DNA of 64,000 bases from Oscillospiraceae bacterium (GTDB taxonomy: Bacteria > Bacillota > Clostridia > Oscillospirales > Oscillospiraceae), in assembly GCA_015068305.1 (NCBI GenBank), contig SVKV01000010.1, positions 902 to 64,901 of the forward strand, in the 5' to 3' direction. Under the pieces are notes generated by a model. That model ran no database searches. It was not told where the DNA came from and saw only the letters and a list, made by a program, of their open reading frames with translations. Position numbers and translations under genes: made by a program. Shown one piece after another: positions 17,546 to 25,596 of the stretch (within the stretch, counting starts at the first letter, position 1; every line of letters starts with the position of its first letter).

Positions 17546-18388
17546 TTACTTTTTGGGGATGTAGCTGATCTCCTGGACGGAATAGACGGTGATAAACGCA
17601 CTGGGATCAATGGATTTTACGTAATCCATCAGACGGCGGTACTCCTGTTTATCCACAATGGTGATGATTTCTCTGCGGACCTGGTTGTTGTAGGCACCCG
17701 TACCTTCGTAGATGGTGGCACCGCTGTGAAGATCATGGAGAATATAGGAAAGAATCTCGTCAAATTTCGGAGAAATGATGCAGACTCTCCGCTTGATATT
17801 CAGACCGAAAATGAAATAGTCCACAATGATGCCGCCGAAATAGGTGCCCAGGACACTGAGGACCACGGTCTTGGTATCATAGCACAGAGCAGAGGACAGA
17901 GCAACCAGCATACCGGACAGGGACATGGCTTTTCCCACATCCATGCCGAGAAACTTGTTCATCAGCTTTGCCACGATATCCAGACCGCCGGAGGAGGCAT
18001 TGCAGGAAAACAGCATGGCGATGCCGATGCCAACAACCAGAATGTAGCAGATAACATCCAGCAGGGGATCCTGGGTGATGGACTGAAAATTGGGGAAAAG
18101 GATTTCATAGAGGCCCATGAAGCAAGGCATGACCAGGGAGGTGTAAATGGTCTTAATGCCGAATTCCGGTCCGATCAGCAGATAGGCGATGATCAGAAGG
18201 AAGGCATTCATCAAAAATGTGATGACAGACACCGGCAGGGGAATAAAGTTGCTGATCACCAGTGCAAGGGCGGAAGCACTGCCGACGGTGACCTTGCTGG
18301 GCAGCATGAAGAAATAGACTGCCACGGCAACGATGGCGGAGCTTACGGTGAGAATTAAGAATTCTTTAAAACTGAACTTAATCTTCAT
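17546..18388 (-). CDS. YitT-family membrane protein (DUF2179 C-terminal domain)
   Basis: Multi-pass N-terminal part and a soluble C-terminal domain (ITIVDKQEYRRLMDYVKSIDPSAFITVYSV). Start taken at ATG 18388 (MKIKFSFKEF). The track ORF extension to 18589 crosses the structured leader. Confidence 0.8.
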   Translation of the reverse strand: MKIKFSFKEFLILTVSSAIVAVAVYFFMLPSKVTVGSASALALVISNFIPLPVSVITFLMNAFLLIIAYLLIGPEFGIKTIYTSLVMPCFMGLYEILFPNFQSITQDPLLDVICYILVVGIGIAMLFSCNASSGGLDIVAKLMNKFLGMDVGKAMSLSGMLVALSSALCYDTKTVVLSVLGTYFGGIIVDYFIFGLNIKRRVCIISPKFDEILSYILHDLHSGATIYEGTGAYNNQVRREIITIVDKQEYRRLMDYVKSIDPSAFITVYSVQEISYIPKK

Positions 18389-18660
18389 TGGGGAACCTCG
18401 CAAATATAGAGATGAAATAAATCTAACATATTTTGCGGAAAATGCAATATATTTCTTCATCCCATTGGGATGAATTGGGGAGAGAAAGCCGGCGGTCCGG
18501 GATCTTGGTTGGAGCGTAATTATAGGATTTCGAGAAACGAACATACTTGATTGATATCCACATCCATACTGGATGCGTCTATCAATCAAGGGATTCTCCC
18601 ACGGCCTAAAAACATGCCACCGGCATGTTTTCTTAACGGCCTTTCGAATCCCTCAGCCCT

Positions 18661-18700
18661 CCCAAATAAGAAAGCCCACCCAATGGGTGGACTTTCTTAT
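18661..18700 (-). terminator. Hairpin terminator after tRNA-Pro(CGG)
   Basis: Stem AAGAAAGTCCACCC/GGGTGGGCTTTCTT (one mismatch) immediately 3' of the tRNA. Weak U-tail (ATTTGGG). Confidence 0.6.
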
Positions 18701-18701
18701 T

Positions 18702-18778
18702 TGGTCGGAGTATCGGGATTCGAACCCGAGGCCTCTTGGACCCGAACCAAGCGCGATACCAAACTTCGCCATACCCCG
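18702..18778 (-). tRNA. tRNA-Pro (anticodon CGG)
   Basis: Hand-folded cloverleaf. Acceptor CGGGGTA/TACTCCG, D-arm GCGA...TCGC, anticodon stem CTTGG/CCAAG with loop TTCGGGT, T-arm TCGGG-TTCGAAT-CCCGA. CCA is encoded. Confidence 0.9.
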
Positions 18779-18790
18779 ATAGACCAAACC

Positions 18791-18819
18791 ATTATAATGA
18801 GATTTGTCTTCTTTGTCAA
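18791..18819 (-). promoter_or_regulatory. Consensus sigma-A promoter for tRNA-Pro(CGG)
   Basis: On the minus strand: TTGACA, 17-nt spacer, TATAAT. It ends about 12 nt upstream of the tRNA 5' end. Confidence 0.8.
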
Positions 18820-18886
18820 GTACCGCAGCTCATTTTCGAATCAGCATATGCTGTGGGAGGCACCCATATGATGTACGGGTGATGAA

Positions 18887-19180
18887 ATGGGTTATCGGAT
18901 TGTATACGGACAGGCGCAAAAGGGTAGCCGAAACACAAAACCATCGGCACTCAGACTACAGTCCTTGATTTGTGCGTGGATGCTTGTATTTTCTTTGGGC
19001 GTGAAATGCTTCTGGCCGGAGGGTGCTGTTAAGCTGCAGCGGGTTCTGATACCGGAAGCACTATCTCCTGTGCAGACAGCCGCGGAAACACTCTTGACTG
19101 ATCTGCGAGAAGGGGTGCCCCTTTCGGATGCGATGACGGCATTCTGCCTCTGTCTGATGGAAAATGAGAAGAATCCTTGA
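18887..19180 (+). CDS. Hypothetical small membrane protein
   Basis: 97-codon ORF with one hydrophobic segment (LICAWMLVFSLGV). Overlaps the start of the M50-like gene. Weak SD. Confidence 0.4.
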   Translation: MGYRIVYGQAQKGSRNTKPSALRLQSLICAWMLVFSLGVKCFWPEGAVKLQRVLIPEALSPVQTAAETLLTDLREGVPLSDAMTAFCLCLMENEKNP

Positions 19181-19574
19181 GGTAAGCCCCGGGTTCTATA
19201 TTATGGCAGCAGCGGCTGTTCTGATTTTGCCGCTTAGAATTCTGGCAGCGGCTGTCTTTGCTGCGTGGCTTCATGAGGGGGCGCATTTGATGGTGCTTCA
19301 TTTCTTTAAAATACCGGTAGACAGCATCCGACTTGGAGCAGGGGGAGCCAGAATTATGACTGGGCCCATGCTGCCGGTGCAGGAATTGCTGTGCGCAGCA
19401 GCCGGTCCGCTGGCAAGTCTTTCGTTGCTGCTGTTTTTGCGCTGTTTCCCGGTTCTGGCGCTGTTCGGATTGATCCAGGGTATGTTCAATCTTCTTCCGG
19501 TATTTCCTTTGGATGGAGGAAGGATCCTCCGGGCATTTTGGAATGTGTGTTTTTCGGATTCCGGAGGCAGATAA
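19164..19574 (+). CDS. Short M50-family (site-2-protease-like) metallopeptidase
   Basis: HExxH (WLHEGAHLM) in a TM helix, plus the NLLPVFPLDGGRIL motif typical of SpoIVFB/RseP-type proteases. Only about 136 aa. The exact start is uncertain. Confidence 0.65.
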   Translation: MRRILEVSPGFYIMAAAAVLILPLRILAAAVFAAWLHEGAHLMVLHFFKIPVDSIRLGAGGARIMTGPMLPVQELLCAAAGPLASLSLLLFLRCFPVLALFGLIQGMFNLLPVFPLDGGRILRAFWNVCFSDSGGR

Positions 19575-19655
19575 TCGGTCCCGTCAGAAATAATCCTTGC
19601 AAAGACGGTGATGAACGGGTACAATAGTTCTGATTCTTACAAATGAGGGAAAACT

Positions 19656-21491
19656 ATGACGGAACTGATTCAGAGAATCCTGCCTACGGTGCAGAAGCCT
19701 GCCCGGTATACCGGCGGTGAGTTTAACGAAATTAAAAAGAATTTGGAAGATGTCCGGGTTCGGGTGGCATTCTGCTTCCCGGATACATATGAGATCGGTA
19801 TGTCCAATCTGGGTATGCGGATCCTCTACGGCGTTATGAATGAGATGGACGGCGTCTGGTGCGAGCGGGTATTTGCCCCCTGGGGCGATATGGATGCGGC
19901 AATGCGTGCCCATAATCTGCCTCTTTGGGCACTGGAAAGCCAGTCTCCTGTAAAGGACTTTGATATGGTGGCCTTCACCATCGGCTATGAGATGGCGTAT
20001 TCCAATGTGCTGAATATGATGAACCTGGCTGGAATTCCTCTCCATGCCAAAGACCGTCAGGGTTTGAAGGGCATTGTCTTTGCCGGCGGTGTCTGTACCT
20101 TCAATCCGGAGCCTCTGGCTGACTTCTTTGACTTTTTCTCCCTGGGGGAAGGTGAGGAGAGCACGGTTGAAATTGTGGCCCTCTATGACCGGGCGAAGTC
20201 AGAGAACTGGTCCAAGGAACAGTTCCTGCAGGAAGTGGCCAAAATCCCCGGCGTGTATGTTCCTTCTTTCTACCGGCATGAATACAACGAGGACGGTACA
20301 CTAAAGGCCATTGTCCCGCTGAATGGAGCGCCGGAAAAGATCACAAAGCGGATCATTGAAAATCTGGATGAGGCCTACTGGCCTGTCAAGATGATCGTGC
20401 CTTCCACAGAAATTGTCCATGACCGGGCCAATCTGGAGGTATTCCGGGGCTGCATCCGGGGCTGCCGGTTCTGCCAGGCAGGTTTTTCCTGCCGCCCAGT
20501 CCGTAAAAAGAGTCCGGAAGTTCTTTACCGCCAGGCAGTGGAGACCATGGAGGATTCCGGGCATAATGAGATCACCCTGTCCAGCCTTTCTACCTCCGAT
20601 TACCGGGGTCTTAAGGAGCTGACCGATGAGCTGATTCCTTACTGCGAGGCCCATAAGATCAATCTGTCTGTTCCATCCCTGCGGGCTGATAATTTCTCCC
20701 GGGAACTGATGGAAAAGCTTCAGACTGTCCGAAAGAGCGGTCTGACCTTTGCGCCGGAGGCCGGCACCCAGCGTCTGCGGGATGTAATTAACAAGAATCT
20801 GACCGAGGATGAAATTCTGAACACCTGCGCCCAGGCCTTTGAGGGCGGCTGGAATAACGTCAAGCTTTATTTCATGCTGGGTCTGCCTACGGAAACAGAC
20901 GAGGATGTGCTGGGAATTGCAGAACTGGTTTACAAGGTGATCCAGGCCTGGAAAGAACATGCCACCAACAAGAAGCGGGGCCTCCGGGTCCACGTGGCAA
21001 CGGCCTATTTTGTGCCCAAGCCCCATACGCCATTCCAGTGGGAAAAGCAGATCACACCGGAGGAGTACCTGCGCCGGTGCCGGCTGCTGAAGAGTCATTT
21101 CTATTCCAAGTCCATTGAATATAATTATCACGCACCGGACTTGAGCCGCCTGGAGGCTGTGTTCGCCCGGGGCGACCGGAGACTGGGCCCTGTGATCGAG
21201 GCTGCCGTTGCCAGAGGTGCCAAGCTGGACGGATGGGATGAGTATTTCAACTACTCTTATTGGTTTGATGCGCTGAACGAATGCGGTATCGATCCGGAGT
21301 TCTACACCACCAGAGGTTACGGCGAAGCGGAGGTTCTTCCCTGGGATACTATCGATGTGGGTGTCCGCAAGGGATTCCTGCTCCGGGAGCGGAACCGTGC
21401 CTACGAAGCAAAGGTTACCCCCGACTGCCGGGAAGGCTGTGCCGGCTGCGGTGCAAACTGCTTACTGAAGGAGGTGGAGTGCGATGCCTAG
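19656..21491 (+). CDS. TIGR03960-family radical SAM protein (B12-binding-like N-terminal domain), function unknown
   Basis: CxxxCxxC cluster motif (GCIRGCRFCQAG). Size and architecture fit the family. Confidence 0.8.
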   Translation: MTELIQRILPTVQKPARYTGGEFNEIKKNLEDVRVRVAFCFPDTYEIGMSNLGMRILYGVMNEMDGVWCERVFAPWGDMDAAMRAHNLPLWALESQSPVKDFDMVAFTIGYEMAYSNVLNMMNLAGIPLHAKDRQGLKGIVFAGGVCTFNPEPLADFFDFFSLGEGEESTVEIVALYDRAKSENWSKEQFLQEVAKIPGVYVPSFYRHEYNEDGTLKAIVPLNGAPEKITKRIIENLDEAYWPVKMIVPSTEIVHDRANLEVFRGCIRGCRFCQAGFSCRPVRKKSPEVLYRQAVETMEDSGHNEITLSSLSTSDYRGLKELTDELIPYCEAHKINLSVPSLRADNFSRELMEKLQTVRKSGLTFAPEAGTQRLRDVINKNLTEDEILNTCAQAFEGGWNNVKLYFMLGLPTETDEDVLGIAELVYKVIQAWKEHATNKKRGLRVHVATAYFVPKPHTPFQWEKQITPEEYLRRCRLLKSHFYSKSIEYNYHAPDLSRLEAVFARGDRRLGPVIEAAVARGAKLDGWDEYFNYSYWFDALNECGIDPEFYTTRGYGEAEVLPWDTIDVGVRKGFLLRERNRAYEAKVTPDCREGCAGCGANCLLKEVECDA

Positions 21492-22146
21492 AATCCTCTT
21501 TGAAAAGAAAGGCAACGCGGTCTGGATTTCCCACCTGGATCTGATGCGGTTGTTTCAGCGGGCCTTCAAGCGGGCAGGATTGCCTCTGACCCATACCCAG
21601 GGCTTCAATCCCAGACCCTCCGTTTCCATCGCGCTGCCGCTGAGCGTGGGCGTGGAGAGCAGCTGCGAGCTGCTGGATTTTGAACTGGACGGAGATAAGG
21701 TTGCCAACCGGATCGTCCGGGGCAAGCTCAATGACTATCTGGTACCCGGCATCCGGGTGATCAAGGTATATGACAATATGCAGAAGATCAAGCATCTTGC
21801 CCTGCTGGATACGGTGGTTACCATGGAATATGACAGGGGAGTGCCGGAGAATGCAGTTTTAAAACTGGAGGAGCTGTTTGCCCGGGAGGAAGTTCCGGTT
21901 GAGAAGAAGACCAAATCAAACGGCATCCAGGACCAGAATATCATTCCCATGATCAAGTCTCTGGAAATTGTTCAGACCGATGCCAATACGCTGCAGCTGA
22001 AGGCCCGGGTCTGCTGCCAGAATCCTACCTTAAATCCCATGCAGCTTCACGGTGCTGTGGTACGTCATTTGCCGGAGCTGAAACCGGATTTTGTAAAGAA
22101 CGAGCGAATTGAAATTTATGATGCAGACGGAAACGTCTTCAGATAA
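21484..22146 (+). CDS. TIGR03936-family radical-SAM-associated protein (DUF2344)
   Basis: N-terminus MPRILFEKKGNAVWISHLDLMRLFQRAFKRAGLPL...GFNPRP. Overlaps the radical SAM gene by 8 nt. Confidence 0.8.
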   Translation: MPRILFEKKGNAVWISHLDLMRLFQRAFKRAGLPLTHTQGFNPRPSVSIALPLSVGVESSCELLDFELDGDKVANRIVRGKLNDYLVPGIRVIKVYDNMQKIKHLALLDTVVTMEYDRGVPENAVLKLEELFAREEVPVEKKTKSNGIQDQNIIPMIKSLEIVQTDANTLQLKARVCCQNPTLNPMQLHGAVVRHLPELKPDFVKNERIEIYDADGNVFR

Positions 22147-22158
22147 GGAGTGTCAATT

Positions 22159-22380
22159 ATGGATGAAAAGAATATCATTCTGGAAGAGTGCCCCTGCTGC
22201 CGCGGAAACGGTCTGATTGTCCACGAAGGCGGCTGGAATGTTCAGGTGGAGTGCGCCGACTGCGGCTCCCATACGGTGTATCTGGAATATGAGAACGAGG
22301 CCCAGAAGGCAGAAGCAGTCCAGGGTGTTGTCCGGCTCTGGAATCTGGGCAAGGTGATCAAGCAGAACATCGGCGAATAA
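22159..22380 (+). CDS. Small zinc-ribbon protein (Lar-like fold suspected)
   Basis: CPCC...CADCG pair, then ...AVQGVVRLWN. SD AAGGAG lies 8 nt before the ATG at 22159. Confidence 0.55.
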   Translation: MDEKNIILEECPCCRGNGLIVHEGGWNVQVECADCGSHTVYLEYENEAQKAEAVQGVVRLWNLGKVIKQNIGE

Positions 22381-22406
22381 TTTTTCGCAGATTCAGAAAA
22401 TAATGC

Positions 22407-22435
22407 TTGCATTTTTTGTCGGGATGTGCTAGTAT
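22407..22435 (+). promoter_or_regulatory. Sigma-A-like promoter for tRNA-Pro(GGG)
   Basis: TTGCAT, 17-nt spacer, TAGTAT. About 30 nt upstream of the tRNA. Confidence 0.55.
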
Positions 22436-22467
22436 ACTTTGGCAGTCGACAGATTGCAGGCATAGTT

Positions 22468-22544
22468 CCGGGTGTGGCGAAGTTTGGTATCGCGCTTGAA
22501 TGGGGTTCAAGAGGCCTCGAGTTCGAATCTCGACACTCGGACCA
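22468..22544 (+). tRNA. tRNA-Pro (anticodon GGG)
   Basis: Hand-folded cloverleaf. Acceptor CCGGGTG/CACTCGG, the same D-arm as the CGG isoacceptor, anticodon stem CTTGA/TCAAG with loop ATGGGGT, T-arm TCGAG-TTCGAAT-CTCGA. CCA is encoded. Confidence 0.9.
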
Positions 22545-22585
22545 AATAATGGGAAACTACTTATGTAGTTTCCCATTATTTATTT
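22545..22585 (+). terminator. Intrinsic terminator after tRNA-Pro(GGG)
   Basis: 16-bp stem AATAATGGGAAACTAC/GTAGTTTCCCATTATT with loop TTAT, followed by TATTT. Confidence 0.8.
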
Positions 22586-22697
22586 CAGATGAGAGATTCG
22601 AAATACTAACTGCAAGTGTTCGGTGGACACTTGCTTGCCGCCAGCTCGATGGCGGCAACACCATAATTTTTCTTTCCATACGGAAAGAAAAATGTAA

Positions 22698-22781
22698 CGA
22701 ATCTCGACACTCGGGTAAGAGTAACCGAATCTCGACACTCAGGTAAGAGCAAACGAATCCCGATATGCGGTTTCCACCTCA
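22698..22781 (+). repeat. Three tandem 28-bp units, each beginning with a copy of the tRNA-Pro 3' end
   Basis: CGAATCTCGACACTCGG (22524-22540 within the tRNA) recurs exactly at 22698-22714 and with one mismatch at 22726-22742. A diverged form, CGAATCCCGATATGCGG, is at 22754-22770. Unit starts are exactly 28 bp apart. Confidence 0.8.
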
Positions 22782-22841
22782 GACACATAAATTTACCGGG
22801 AAAAATCACAGAAAAAAGTGAAATAAATTTGTAAATAATGC

Positions 22842-22870
22842 TTGATTTTTATAGAAACACATGCTATACT
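22842..22870 (+). promoter_or_regulatory. Sigma-A-like promoter for rplS
   Basis: TTGATT, 17-nt spacer, TATACT. The roughly 80-nt leader that follows may correspond to an L19-type autoregulatory leader (not verified). Confidence 0.6.
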
Positions 22871-22952
22871 AAATCGGTCTGAAATCAAGGTGAGTCCTCT
22901 GCGAAGATGAATCTTGCGCATGAACGCCTAATATTTTAAGGAGGACAAAGAA

Positions 22953-23294
22953 ATGGATCTGTTAAAGGCACTGAACAGCCAGTACATGAAGGAAGAGCTG
23001 CCCGAAGCTAAGGTCGGCGACACCGTTCGTGTTCATGTTCGCATCAAGGAAGGCTCTCGTGAGCGTATCCAGGTTTTCGAAGGCACCGTCATCGCTCGCA
23101 AGGGCGGCGGCATCGCTGAGACCATTACTGTTCGCCGCATTTCCTACGGCGTCGGCTGCGAGAAGGTTTTCCCCCTGCATTCTCCCAACGTTGCAATGAT
23201 CGAGACCGTCCGTAAGGGCAAGGTCCGCCGTGCAAAGCTGTACTACCTGCGCGACCGCTTCGGCAAGGCTGCAAAGGTCAAGGAGAGAGTCTAA
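22953..23294 (+). CDS. rplS: 50S ribosomal protein L19
   Basis: [33 protein letters not shown]...RRAKLYYLR. Confidence 0.95.
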   Translation: MDLLKALNSQYMKEELPEAKVGDTVRVHVRIKEGSRERIQVFEGTVIARKGGGIAETITVRRISYGVGCEKVFPLHSPNVAMIETVRKGKVRRAKLYYLRDRFGKAAKVKERV

Positions 23295-23307
23295 TTCTGA
23301 ACTCAAT

Positions 23308-23338
23308 AAAAAAAGAGGGCTGCGGCCCTCTTTTTTTA
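23308..23338 (+). terminator. Intrinsic terminator of rplS
   Basis: Stem AAAGAGGGC/GCCCTCTTT with loop TGCG, followed by a T-run. Confidence 0.85.
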
Positions 23339-23483
23339 TATGCATCCGGTTTTTTGCTTTTGGCTTGTGTTTCCATTAATCTTTTTTTATCTCCGACAAA
23401 AACCGGAAATACAGTCTTTTCAGATCGGTAACTTTTGTGTATAATAAAAATGTTATGATTTCAAATAAGAATCTCAATTTGGT

Positions 23484-24116
23484 ATGAAGGAGGTCACGGA
23501 AGTGACAGCTGACGATCATATCCGGGAAAATTCCCGGCCGGAGGAGAAGAAAGAATCCTGGCAGAAGAGCATTCTGCTGTATCTGCATGACCTGATTTAT
23601 ATGCTGGCTGGTATCATGATTGCCTTTTTGCTGGTATTCCGCCTGGTTATTGTTTCCGGCGATTCCATGTATTCGACCCTCTGGGACGGAGATTGGCTGC
23701 TGGTGCTGAGCAACACCTTTTACCGGGAACCGGAGTACGGTGACATCATCGTGGCCAGTAAGGATACCTTCAATAGCGGTGAACCGATCATCAAGCGCGT
23801 GATCGCCACGGAAGGACAGACGGTGGATATCGATTTCGTTTCCGGAGTTGTGTTTGTGGATGGGACGCCCCTCCGGGAGGACTACGCATTTACCCGCACT
23901 AATGTGGAAGAGGGTATGGATTTCCCACTGATTGTGGAAGAGGGCTGCGTTTTTGCCATGGGCGATAACCGCAATGCGTCCAAGGACAGCCGGCATCCTA
24001 CGATAGGCCAGATCGATAAGCGGGAGATTATGGGCAAGGCGCTGTTCCTGTTCTATCCCGGTGCCCATGAGGACACGAATGTCCGCGATTTTGACAGAAT
24101 TGGAGCGGTGAACTGA
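23484..24116 (+). CDS. lepB: Signal peptidase I
   Basis: SGDSMYSTL (catalytic Ser), IKRVIATEG, GDNRNASKDSR boxes. An alternative GTG start at 23502 sits behind an internal AAGGAGG. Confidence 0.9.
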   Translation: MKEVTEVTADDHIRENSRPEEKKESWQKSILLYLHDLIYMLAGIMIAFLLVFRLVIVSGDSMYSTLWDGDWLLVLSNTFYREPEYGDIIVASKDTFNSGEPIIKRVIATEGQTVDIDFVSGVVFVDGTPLREDYAFTRTNVEEGMDFPLIVEEGCVFAMGDNRNASKDSRHPTIGQIDKREIMGKALFLFYPGAHEDTNVRDFDRIGAVN

Positions 24117-24979
24117 TGGACGAGAAAATGAATATTCAGTGGTATCCGGGCCACATGACAAAAACCCGGAGACAGATCGAAGCAGATCTGAAGCAGGTGG
24201 ATGCTGTTTGCGAGATCGTGGATGCCCGGATTCCTGTTTCCAGCCGGAACCCGGATATCGACAGCATCTGCGGCAGCAAGCCCAGAGTCATTGTGCTGAA
24301 CCGAATCGATCTTGCAGACCCCAATGCGACCAAGAAATGGACGGCCCACTACAAGAGTAAGGGCTATACCGTTGTCTGCACCGACTGCAAGAGCCGCAAG
24401 GGCATCGCAGAGTTCAATCCCGCGGTCCGCTCCGCCTGCAAGGAAAAGATTGAGCGGGACCAGGCCCGGGGCATGAACCGGCCTGTGCGGCTGATGGTGG
24501 TGGGTATCCCCAATGTGGGAAAATCTACTCTGATCAACCAGGTTTCCGGCCGAAAGGGCGCCAAGGCAGAGAACCGGCCCGGTGTGACCCGGGGCAAGCA
24601 GTGGGTGACGGTGGATGCAGGACTGCAGCTGATGGATACGCCCGGTATTCTGTGGCCCAAGTTTGAAGATCCGGAAGTGGGCATGATGCTTGCTTACACC
24701 GGTGCCGTCAAGGAAGGCATTATCGATATTGAAGAACTTGCCTGCCGTCTGATGGAGCTGCTGCATAAATTCTATCCCCAGACATTGCTGGAGCGCTACA
24801 AGGTGGAAGCGCCCGAGGGTACCCCCGGCTGGCAGCTGCTGGAGATGGCTGGCAGAGCCCGCGGTTTCCTGATGGCAAGGGCGGAAGTGAACACCGAGCG
24901 GATGGCAAAAGTGCTGCTGGATGAATTCCGCAGCGGCAAACTGGGTAAATTTACCCTTGAAATGCCGGAGGAGAGCTGA
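24116..24979 (+). CDS. rbgA: Ribosome biogenesis GTPase A (YlqF/RbgA)
   Basis: WYPGHM, circularly permuted GTPase motifs (NRID...GIPNVGKST). Confidence 0.9.
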   Translation: MDEKMNIQWYPGHMTKTRRQIEADLKQVDAVCEIVDARIPVSSRNPDIDSICGSKPRVIVLNRIDLADPNATKKWTAHYKSKGYTVVCTDCKSRKGIAEFNPAVRSACKEKIERDQARGMNRPVRLMVVGIPNVGKSTLINQVSGRKGAKAENRPGVTRGKQWVTVDAGLQLMDTPGILWPKFEDPEVGMMLAYTGAVKEGIIDIEELACRLMELLHKFYPQTLLERYKVEAPEGTPGWQLLEMAGRARGFLMARAEVNTERMAKVLLDEFRSGKLGKFTLEMPEES

Positions 24980-24981
24980 TT

Positions 24982-25596
24982 ATGAGTGCAATCAATCTGT
25001 GGGAAATTGAGAATTCCCTTTATTCAGAGGGCTACAAAGCAATCTGCGGTGTGGACGAAGCAGGCCGCGGACCTCTGGCAGGCCCTGTCTGCGCAGCGGC
25101 GGTCATTCTGCCCAGGGGTTTGGAGCTACCAGGTCTGAACGATTCCAAGAAGCTTACTGACAAGAAGCGCCGGGAGCTGTTTCCAATTATCAAGGAGCAG
25201 GCCATTGCCTACGGCATCGGATTTGCAAGCCATGAGGAAATCGATGAGATCAATATCCTGCAGGCAACCTACCTTGCCATGGAGCGGGCATTGCAGCAGC
25301 TGGAAGGCAAGGCGGATTTTGCCATCATTGACGGCAACCGGGCCAAAGATTTTGGAATCCCCGTGCGGACTGTCATCAAGGGCGACAGCCTTAGCGCCAG
25401 CATCGCGGCGGCTTCCGTTCTGGCGAAGGTCAGCCGGGACGATATTATGCTGGAAATGGCTGAAAAGTACCCGGAGTATGGCTTCGAGGTACATAAAGGC
25501 TACGGCACCAAGGCCCATTATGAGGCTTTGCGCGCCCACGGCCACAGTCCGATCCACAGAATGAGTTTTCTGAAGAAATTCTATGGGGAAAAGTAA
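24982..25596 (+). CDS. rnhB: Ribonuclease HII
   Basis: GVDEAGRGPLAGPV, DSKKL and LAKV.RD motifs. Confidence 0.9.
   Translation: MSAINLWEIENSLYSEGYKAICGVDEAGRGPLAGPVCAAAVILPRGLELPGLNDSKKLTDKKRRELFPIIKEQAIAYGIGFASHEEIDEINILQATYLAMERALQQLEGKADFAIIDGNRAKDFGIPVRTVIKGDSLSASIAAASVLAKVSRDDIMLEMAEKYPEYGFEVHKGYGTKAHYEALRAHGHSPIHRMSFLKKFYGEK

Noticed and set aside
22698-22781. Possible mini-CRISPR array (28-bp period, three units)
   Set aside because: The conserved part is only 17 nt and is identical to the tRNA-Pro 3' end. The variable parts are 11 nt, far too short for spacers. There are no cas genes. It is treated as att-like or tRNA-derived repeats instead.
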